DNA of 32,000 bases, from the NCBI GenBank assembly GCA_025839675.1, contig CP104013.1, positions 2,940,001 to 2,972,000 of the forward strand, written 5' to 3'. The translations under genes were made by a program, and so were the position numbers. Position 1 is the stretch's first letter. The number at the start of each line of letters is the position of its first letter. This DNA is from Candidatus Lokiarchaeum ossiferum. Lineage in GTDB: Archaea > Asgardarchaeota > Lokiarchaeia > Sigyniarchaeales > Promethearchaeaceae. This document shows positions 18,155-25,166 of this stretch, piece after piece. The notes under the pieces are model-generated. The model searched no databases. It saw nothing but the letters and a program-made list of their open reading frames with translations, and was not told the origin of the DNA.

Positions 18155-18182
18155 AAAAATCACCTTGGCGATATGATTCGTT

Positions 18183-18230
18183 TTGATCAAATAACCGTTT
18201 GATCAAATAATTGTTTGATCAATATATAAA
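18183..18230 (-). promoter_or_regulatory. Candidate promoter/operator: TATA box (TTTATATATT, complement of 18221-18230) followed by three TTGATCAA palindromes at 16-bp spacing
   Basis: TTGATCAA occurs at 18183-18190, 18199-18206 and 18215-18222. The extended unit is GTTTGATCAAATAA. It lies 29-76 nt upstream of the ATG at 18154. Confidence 0.5.
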
Positions 18231-18287
18231 GTAAACGCAATGTTTACATGGGGATAACTCGGAAATAGAATCCAAAAAAAATGACTT

Positions 18288-19409
18288 TTATTTGCCAATC
18301 AAACCAGATTTTTTCGCAATTTTCAAGAAAGCAAGTTGTAAAATGAAGGTTTCAAATATTGGGGATAATTCTATGATAGGAGAATTGAAGTTAATCATTA
18401 GGACATCGTAATCAGATTTATAAAATGCAGATAAACTCGGATTATTACAAAGAATTACAACTTTTCCCGCTCGAATTTTAATTTGATCAATTAAACGAAT
18501 GAGTGTGTTGTTAGATTCTTCTCCTTCTCTATCTCCAACTAGCATCATACAATTGATAGATTTATCTTCAATTCTGCGTTCAAAAACTTGAAATGGTCCA
18601 TGGAAAAAATGCCCCAAAGCAATTCCTTCAGCGAACTTGCGATGATATGTTTTAGCAATCAGAGCTGCAAACTTCGCACAAGCCAAGGATGATGGATCTT
18701 TTGAGATGAAATATAAATATTGAAGCTCATAGCCCAAAAAATCAGAAATTTGATCAACACTTTTCTCCCAAGATTCACGAAAATCTTTGAGTTCAGAGAT
18801 CAATTCAAAAGATCCTTTCTGGATCGTATCTAAATTAAAATCGGTTCCCACTAACATTTGAGAAACTAAATAAAGCACAAATAAGGTATTTCCAAATGAT
18901 TTCAAGCCAATAACTAATTCTGAATCAACATAAGTATGGAAAACTTGACCGCATTTTTTTGCAACGGGAGAATTTTGCTCATTAGTTATGAGCCAAAGCA
19001 AATTTCTATCAATTTTGAGTAAAGAAAGGTGATCTAGTGCTTTTAATATTAAGCGCGATGACCCAGATCGGGATATAAAAATATAAAGTGTATCTTGGGA
19101 ATCTTCAGGCAAGAAATAATCGTAAAATTCGGTTAATTCGATACATTCCCATGTAAAATCTAAAGCATAGGGTGAATTCATGAATACAAATCGAGGTATG
19201 AAACTGGCGAAGTGATTAAACGTATTTCCAATAAAAACGACTTTTGAAAATTTAATTTGGGAAACGATTTGAATGATACTTTGGACCATTTTCTTACCTT
19301 CTCCAGTAGTATAAGAATTCACACAATCTTGTAATACTTCAGGAGCATTGAGAAAATTCTTAAGTAGGTCATTATAAGAAAAAGGCCAAATTTGCGTTTC
19401 TGGGGTCAC
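18288..19409 (-). CDS. Double-SIS-domain sugar-phosphate isomerase/deaminase-like protein (GlmS isomerase-domain / FrlB / AgaS-like)
   Basis: VVFIGNTFNHFAS and FISRSGSSRL (SIS S-x-S-G motif) mark the first half. LYFISKDPSSLACAKFAALIAKT...FFHGP marks the second. The GTG start overlaps the upstream stop (GTGA), with GGAGGT 9-14 nt upstream. Confidence 0.8.
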   Translation of the reverse strand: MTPETQIWPFSYNDLLKNFLNAPEVLQDCVNSYTTGEGKKMVQSIIQIVSQIKFSKVVFIGNTFNHFASFIPRFVFMNSPYALDFTWECIELTEFYDYFLPEDSQDTLYIFISRSGSSRLILKALDHLSLLKIDRNLLWLITNEQNSPVAKKCGQVFHTYVDSELVIGLKSFGNTLFVLYLVSQMLVGTDFNLDTIQKGSFELISELKDFRESWEKSVDQISDFLGYELQYLYFISKDPSSLACAKFAALIAKTYHRKFAEGIALGHFFHGPFQVFERRIEDKSINCMMLVGDREGEESNNTLIRLIDQIKIRAGKVVILCNNPSLSAFYKSDYDVLMINFNSPIIELSPIFETFILQLAFLKIAKKSGLIGK

Positions 19410-20488
19410 TTTTCAATTACCTCCCGGCGTAGAGCTTGATCTAAAAGCAAATATTGTAATACAATCGTCTCAAAAATAGGAGCTAAAGAAGGATTTTTTG
19501 TAGTGTGTTCAAAAACCCAAACATTTTCATTTGATCTCCCCAACGATGATAACTCTCGGCTGTTATTAATAAGCATCACTTTTCCTGAGCCTAATTTTTT
19601 ACTAACCATCTCAATCAAGCGAAGGGTATCTTCAAGATTAGATTCATCCCCAATAATTAGCACACATCGAAAATCTTCTGGATTAGATTGCACTATTTGA
19701 TAGGGGCCATGGAGAAAAAGACCAATATTTGTTCCTTCTCCATAAATACGGGCATAAGATTTGACACTAAAAGCCCCCCTATACGCAGTTGATAGAGAAG
19801 CACCTTTGGAAATGAAATAAAGAAAATTATAATCTGTTCCTAAAAACTCTGTCAGTGATTTAACATGAAATTCCCAATCTTGGCCGTAAAATTTTATTTC
19901 AAAAATTAATTGGCGAATTTCTTCTTCAATTTTAGACGAGATGACATCGCGATTCATAAATGCTCTGCCTATAAAGTAGAGAACCAGCATTGCATTGACA
20001 TAAGATTTTGTTCCGATAACTTCTTCATCCCCCACAACAGTAGGTAAAATAAAATGAGAGTTTTGAGCCACGAAAGATTCCAGATTATTTGATACACCCC
20101 AAATTTTCTGAGGATCCAGATTTTTATCTTGTAAATGTTGAATTGCAAGTTTTATTTGAGGAGAATTCCCTGAATGCGAAACAAAGCAAAAAACACATTT
20201 TTGCTTCAGCCTACGGGGAGTAAAATATTTGAGAAATTCATCCCCCTCATAAATTTCACAAGTTTTCTTTCTACGATTGATATAGTAAAAAGGGATATAT
20301 GAAGCGAAGAAATTATAACTATGCCCCACAAAAATGATTTGTTCAATATTTTTGGATTGAACATATTGTTTTATTTGATTAATCTTTTGTTTTCCCTCAA
20401 ACGACAAATAATAACGCAAACACTTGAGCATCGCCTTGGGAATGGATTGAAAATCATCCAAGATAGTATCAAATTTCAACTTGGTCAT
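19406..20488 (-). CDS. Double-SIS-domain sugar-phosphate isomerase/deaminase-like protein, paralog of the downstream gene
   Basis: IIFVGHSYNFFAS, FVSHSGNSPQ, LYFISKGASLSTAYRGAFSVKS...LHGP. Same architecture and size as 18288..19409. Confidence 0.8.
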   Translation of the reverse strand: MTKLKFDTILDDFQSIPKAMLKCLRYYLSFEGKQKINQIKQYVQSKNIEQIIFVGHSYNFFASYIPFYYINRRKKTCEIYEGDEFLKYFTPRRLKQKCVFCFVSHSGNSPQIKLAIQHLQDKNLDPQKIWGVSNNLESFVAQNSHFILPTVVGDEEVIGTKSYVNAMLVLYFIGRAFMNRDVISSKIEEEIRQLIFEIKFYGQDWEFHVKSLTEFLGTDYNFLYFISKGASLSTAYRGAFSVKSYARIYGEGTNIGLFLHGPYQIVQSNPEDFRCVLIIGDESNLEDTLRLIEMVSKKLGSGKVMLINNSRELSSLGRSNENVWVFEHTTKNPSLAPIFETIVLQYLLLDQALRREVIEK

Positions 20489-20937
20489 TTCTATATGATT
20501 GTTATTTATTTGTTTAACTCAAAAACCTTAGCTCAAAACATTGTTTGTGATTTTACTCAAAAAAAGAAATTTTAAAAATGAAGGATTAACACCTTAGTAA
20601 AAGTTGTCTACTCGATAATAATTATTAACCGGATGCATATAGAAATTAGTCGGATAACATATCTTAACAATGGAATTTAAATAGGAAGGAGTCAATTTCA
20701 GAATTAAGGCGAAATTTTAATTATAAACTTTTCCTTCCTATAAGAACTTTATTGAGTAAATTTTATAAAGATCATGGTCAATTAAGCACCATATTTAAAG
20801 TATTAACCGCTTACTTTTACGAGAATAACTTATCCGTTAACAAGCCAATTTATATACGATCTCGACAAAAATAGATTTGTGTGTGAATCATTCAATTCAA
20901 GATGATGAATGAATTTTTTTGTGAGGGATAAACTAAA
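20489..20937. other. Candidate replication origin (oriC) upstream of orc1/cdc6
   Basis: 449-bp AT-rich divergent intergenic region next to orc1/cdc6. Repeats: TATTAACCG at 20623-20631 and 20801-20809. TTAACCGGAT (20625-20634) faces an inverted TTAAC-GGATAA (complement of 20830-20841). CGGATAA sits at 20651-20657. A 10-bp inverted repeat ATAGGAAGGA (20681-20690) / TCCTTCCTAT (20732-20741) lies in the AT-rich centre. Confidence 0.45.
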
Positions 20938-22227
20938 ATGTTCGATATTGATGATTATTTTACCGATTTTATGAAGAATGAAAAAATTTTTGAAGATCGC
21001 GATGTATTACGCCCGGAATTTATACCATCTATTTTACCACATCGAGATTTGCAAGTGAAGCGAATTGCCGAAATCGTGGCGTGTACCCTTAAAAATTCTA
21101 TGCCTTCAAATATTTTCATTTTTGGTAAAACCGGAACAGGAAAAACAGCCGTTGTAGGTCATGTTAGCGAACGGTTAAATTATCAATGTCGAAAAGCGGG
21201 AATTACAGAATCTCAATGGATATTTTTAAATTGCCAGGAGGTCAATACAGGATATCGGATCTTAGCTAAAATTTGTGCGGAGATAGACCCTAACGATCCC
21301 GTTCCAATTGCAGGATGGCCCATTGACGTCATTTTCGATAAGCTCGTAGAAAAACTGGATAAATTTGTCGAAGGAATATGTTTTCTTGTTTTAGACGAAA
21401 TAGATATTTTAGTTAAAAATACTAAAAAATCGCATGATGTCCTATATAACTTGGCCCGTATCAACTCTCGCTTGAAAAAAGGGCGAGTGAACCTAATTGG
21501 CATTTCTAATGTATTAAATTTCAAAAGTGCCTTGGATCCACGGGTTCTTAGCAGTCTTGGAGAAGAAGAAATTGTGTTTCCAGCATATAATGCCATGGAA
21601 CTATCAGATATTTTACGCCAACGTGCCCAAAAAGCTTTTAATGAAAATGCACTCGACGATAGTGTGATACCTCTCTGTGCTGCCTTGGCGGCAAAAGAGC
21701 ATGGAGATGCGCGAAAAGCATTAGATTTACTTCGTAAAGCCGGAGAATTAGCTGAACGCCGCAATACACTCACAGTAACCTCTGATCATGTTTATTTTGC
21801 CCAAGCAGATATCGAAAAAGATAAAATGCAAGAATACTGTGAAGCTTTGCCACTCCAAAGTAAAACTATTTTATTAAGCATCTACCATATGCAGAAGTAC
21901 AGAGGGGAACAAGCCATAATTACTGGAGATATCTATAATGCATATTCTGAAATTTCCACTATGGTTCCCGGTCTAAATAAACTTACCCAACGGCGTGTAT
22001 CAGAATTAATCCGAGAATTAGATTTATCCGGGATGGTAAATGCCCGCGTAAAATCAAATGGACGTTATGGTCGGACCAAATTTATCAAGCTAAATATCCC
22101 CCTTAATGATACATCAAAATACTTAAAAAATGAACGCCGCTTAAACGAGCTAATCAATTATCGCCCCATTTGTGTAGGACAAAAAACGATCCAGCACAAT
22201 GGAACAAAATTTCGCAAGTTAGCATAA
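20938..22227 (+). CDS. cdc6: Orc1/Cdc6 replication initiator (AAA+ ATPase with C-terminal winged helix)
   Basis: Walker A GKTGTGKTAV, Walker B FLVLDEIDIL, sensor region HGDARKALDLLRKAGELA and a C-terminal wHTH-like segment RRVSELIRELDLSGMV. 429 aa. Confidence 0.93.
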   Translation: MFDIDDYFTDFMKNEKIFEDRDVLRPEFIPSILPHRDLQVKRIAEIVACTLKNSMPSNIFIFGKTGTGKTAVVGHVSERLNYQCRKAGITESQWIFLNCQEVNTGYRILAKICAEIDPNDPVPIAGWPIDVIFDKLVEKLDKFVEGICFLVLDEIDILVKNTKKSHDVLYNLARINSRLKKGRVNLIGISNVLNFKSALDPRVLSSLGEEEIVFPAYNAMELSDILRQRAQKAFNENALDDSVIPLCAALAAKEHGDARKALDLLRKAGELAERRNTLTVTSDHVYFAQADIEKDKMQEYCEALPLQSKTILLSIYHMQKYRGEQAIITGDIYNAYSEISTMVPGLNKLTQRRVSELIRELDLSGMVNARVKSNGRYGRTKFIKLNIPLNDTSKYLKNERRLNELINYRPICVGQKTIQHNGTKFRKLA

Positions 22228-22261
22228 ACTCAATCTAAGTGAAGCCCAATAATTAACCAAA

Positions 22262-22945
22262 TTATTCAAAGAACCACAATGATTTTTGATAAACGATATT
22301 CCGTAGAAGCTCAATGGTTTTTTCACTGTCTTTAACAAACAATTTCATGAAAATACGAGCAATGTGAATGCAAAACTGCTTTTGGGATTTTCGTAGAGAA
22401 TTATATTCTGGACAAGAGTGAGAAATGGATCGGGCTTTCACATCAATTTTAAAGCGATATGACTGTGAAATTCCGCCATCATCTTTACTTTTAACAATTC
22501 CTTCAATTTTATCGTCAAATGCAACTAAATCCAGTGAAACGGCGGAAGATCTTATTTTCCCGGCTTTTTCAAGAACTGAAACATCAACCAAATCCGACAG
22601 GAGAGCTTGATATGTCATGCTTGGAGTGATATCAATTGGAGGCCGCCATGATTGAGCTAATGCTGCAGCCATGGTTTTTGCTTTTAAAATCCCTTTTTCT
22701 TGCCAAGTGAGAAATTCCTGTTGTAATTCATCACTTAAAGAAATCGACTCGCTTTCTTTATTTTCAGAAAGATATTCCAGATGTATTGCTTGTTGAACTA
22801 TTTTTTTTGTCTTCTCCAAGGGGGCGAGAAATAAATCGAAAGCAATGAAATTATATAACTCATCAACATTAATTTCGGGTTGATCAATAATTTTCCACCA
22901 GTGAAGGACGATATTTTTGAGATCCGAAGGAATTGTAAAGGCCAT
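22262..22945 (-). CDS. SWIM-like zinc-finger protein, co-oriented 24 nt downstream of PolD DP1
   Basis: The C-terminal HSCPEYNSLRKSQKQFCIHIARIF fits the SWIM pattern CxCPx[FY]...CxHIxAxx, with the first Cys replaced by His. The N-terminal half is helical and I do not recognise it. Confidence 0.6.
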   Translation of the reverse strand: MAFTIPSDLKNIVLHWWKIIDQPEINVDELYNFIAFDLFLAPLEKTKKIVQQAIHLEYLSENKESESISLSDELQQEFLTWQEKGILKAKTMAAALAQSWRPPIDITPSMTYQALLSDLVDVSVLEKAGKIRSSAVSLDLVAFDDKIEGIVKSKDDGGISQSYRFKIDVKARSISHSCPEYNSLRKSQKQFCIHIARIFMKLFVKDSEKTIELLRNIVYQKSLWFFE

Positions 22946-22969
22946 TTTTTCTTGTTCCTTTGTATTATG

Positions 22970-24913
22970 TTACATATCAGCAGCTAAATCAATAACTTGG
23001 GGAGTAAATTTGCCATTAACATTAATAATGGTCGGTTTCCCAAAATCAGGTTCAATTCCCAGACTTTTCTGGAAATCAGTTTGACCTTGGAAACAACCTG
23101 AGTTGATTGTTGTGATGCCATGGTAAGTTCCCACGCCATTTTTATGGAGATGCCCGGTATGCAAAATATCTGGCAGGGTACTCATGATCATCCAATCTTC
23201 AAGTAAGGGGGCAATTTCAGTTTTTTTCCCATATGTAGGAGTTAAATCACGCGCTCGAATAAATTCATTCATTGTTTTACAAGGATCTTCGTGAGACATC
23301 CCTGGAATGGACATGTTCATATCAATCAACGAAGTTCCATGAAACATCTGGACCTTGATTCCGTGAAGACTAACCATAGTTGGGCAACCTACCATTGATA
23401 TACCCATTTCATACATTGCGGGAGCCATTTCTTTCGAGATTGCAGGATTGGGCACAGCCTTCCGAACAGCATCATGATCACCAGGGGAAGCAATTATTTG
23501 AATATAATCGGGAATTTGAGAGAGATATTCAGCGGTGGCCTCGTATTGTTTATAAATATCTTTAATAAATAAATGTTTATCTTGATTTGGATAAATTCCA
23601 ATTCCATCAACAATATCTCCAGCAATACAGAGATATTTGATTTTACCCGCTTGCTTTACTTGTTTATCCGATCCCATATTACAATTTAAATAATCAACGA
23701 ATCGATTCCATTCTTTTTCCAGCCAATATTTACTTCCAAAGTGAAGATCGGATACAAAACAGATCGATAGGTCTTCTTGCGGATAATTTATGGGATGGGT
23801 ATTGGGAGAATCAGGAAAGATAATCTTATTGATCATGATAATGCGAGAATTCGTTTTTTTATTCACACTTAAATATCCATCCACAATCACTACATGGTCG
23901 GGTAATAGATAATTCATCAAATCATAAAGTTCTTTAGGTTCTTGTCGCACTAAAGTCATACACGTTCCTGTTAGATCTTCAAATTCTATTAAATAATTCC
24001 GTTTTGAAGTTTGGCGTTTTTCAACTACCATCCCCACAAATTTCACTTCAACTGAATTTTCCAAGCGATTAATCATGTTGATATCCAAGAGACTATGACC
24101 TTCAGGACGTTTCTTTAAAATTTTAGTCAATTTATGAAACTTATCCGCTTGGAGTCCGACGAATTCATCGAGTTTTCCATCGGTGAACATTTTTCCAGTA
24201 GGATCTGAAATGATTTCCACTTCTGCATTATATTCTGAAGCTAATGGGCGAAAAGTTGAAGTTGATTGACGGATTTGAACACGTTGATAACTTTTCTTCT
24301 TTTCTTCCCGAATTCGCAGAATTTCGGTTTCGTCCATCCGCCCTTTACTCGAAGATGGAGTCTCAAGATTCGATTCAGGAGGGAGTTGTTCCGAAACAAC
24401 TTTATCATCCCCTAGATCTATGGTAGGAAGAGGCTTTAATACTTTCTGACCTGGAGGATTTTGAGAAATACTTGGAAACTCGGGAGAATCAGGTGGTTCA
24501 GGAATATCATTCAAATCGTCTATTGGAATCGATTTTTTATTTTTTTTTCCTCGATCTGGAACGAGTACTGATTTTTTTTTAATAAGATTGAGTGAATTCT
24601 TGGAATTACTGGTTTGAGAATTCAAGTTTGTTTCATTGCTACTATTATGATTAGAACGGCCTGAAATATCTTGTGGATGAATGTTTGGGGTAATTTTTGA
24701 TCCATATTCTTGCAATAATATTTCTAAAGTGACATGCGAATTAAAAATCGGTGAGAATGATATTTTTCGGATTAAATCTTCGAGTTCTTGCGCATTAAAT
24801 TTCAAATCTTCAATGTAACACAACGCTTCAGGGGAAATATTAATACGAGAAGCGAGAAATTTCTGAAGAATACTTTCGAGGGGAAATCCTTGAGGTGTTT
24901 GCGCAATGGTCAT
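22970..24913 (-). CDS. polB: DNA polymerase D (Pol II) small subunit DP1, Mre11-like phosphoesterase/exonuclease
   Basis: Calcineurin-like PDE motifs VSDLHFGS, IAGDIVDGIG, SPGDHDA, TGHLHKNG, with an OB-fold-like region before them. There is a short conserved N-terminal domain and then an ~140-aa N/S/P/K-rich linker. The symbol follows the UniProt convention for archaeal Pol II small subunits. Confidence 0.92.
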   Translation of the reverse strand: MTIAQTPQGFPLESILQKFLASRINISPEALCYIEDLKFNAQELEDLIRKISFSPIFNSHVTLEILLQEYGSKITPNIHPQDISGRSNHNSSNETNLNSQTSNSKNSLNLIKKKSVLVPDRGKKNKKSIPIDDLNDIPEPPDSPEFPSISQNPPGQKVLKPLPTIDLGDDKVVSEQLPPESNLETPSSSKGRMDETEILRIREEKKKSYQRVQIRQSTSTFRPLASEYNAEVEIISDPTGKMFTDGKLDEFVGLQADKFHKLTKILKKRPEGHSLLDINMINRLENSVEVKFVGMVVEKRQTSKRNYLIEFEDLTGTCMTLVRQEPKELYDLMNYLLPDHVVIVDGYLSVNKKTNSRIIMINKIIFPDSPNTHPINYPQEDLSICFVSDLHFGSKYWLEKEWNRFVDYLNCNMGSDKQVKQAGKIKYLCIAGDIVDGIGIYPNQDKHLFIKDIYKQYEATAEYLSQIPDYIQIIASPGDHDAVRKAVPNPAISKEMAPAMYEMGISMVGCPTMVSLHGIKVQMFHGTSLIDMNMSIPGMSHEDPCKTMNEFIRARDLTPTYGKKTEIAPLLEDWMIMSTLPDILHTGHLHKNGVGTYHGITTINSGCFQGQTDFQKSLGIEPDFGKPTIINVNGKFTPQVIDLAADM

Positions 24914-25043
24914 AGTTTTTTTTTCCTATCAATTCTTACCAATTTGCATATTTAAAGCCAGACAGCATCGACATTTTTAAAGTTTTACTATGCCATAAGC
25001 GTCCTTGATTTAATTTACATAAATTTCCCATTAAATGTATATA

Positions 25044-25058
25044 TTGTCACGCTGACAA
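25044..25058. promoter_or_regulatory. Perfect palindrome TTGTCAcgcTGACAA in the divergent DP1/DP2 promoter region
   Basis: 6-bp arms with a 3-bp spacer, read directly from the sequence. It lies immediately after an ATGTATATAT TATA-like element, ~110 nt upstream of the DP2 ATG. Confidence 0.3.
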
Positions 25059-25166
25059 ATCCAAATTTAAAGTAACATGTATAAAAGCACATACATAGGA
25101 AAATCATGTGAAAACATTCTTTTCCAAATCCTTCCGATTTTATATTCATCCCATTAGGTAAATATT

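Noticed and set aside
17979-18206. 75-aa minus-strand ORF, and the TTG start at 18190 for longin-like paralog 2
   Set aside because: The 75-aa ORF is an alternative frame over the paralog's N-terminus. The TTG start lies inside the palindromic repeat array. ATG 18154 has a good AGGTGAT ribosome-binding site and matches the paralog's length.
20895-20925. GATGATGA (C-box-like) just upstream of the orc1 start, considered as a C/D-box sRNA
   Set aside because: No downstream CTGA D box or terminal stem was visible within ~70 nt. More likely it is just part of the orc1 leader.
21213-21773. 186-aa minus-strand ORF inside orc1/cdc6
   Set aside because: It is antisense to a gene with unambiguous AAA+ motifs. 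Its translation is low-complexity and Ser/Ala/Arg-rich, typical of the reverse frame of a coding region.
24269-24691. ~140-aa N/S/P/K-rich segment in DP1, considered as a possible insertion or intein
   Set aside because: It is low-complexity linker sequence between the N-terminal domain and the OB/PDE core. There are no intein splice-junction or endonuclease motifs. DP1 proteins commonly have variable linkers here.
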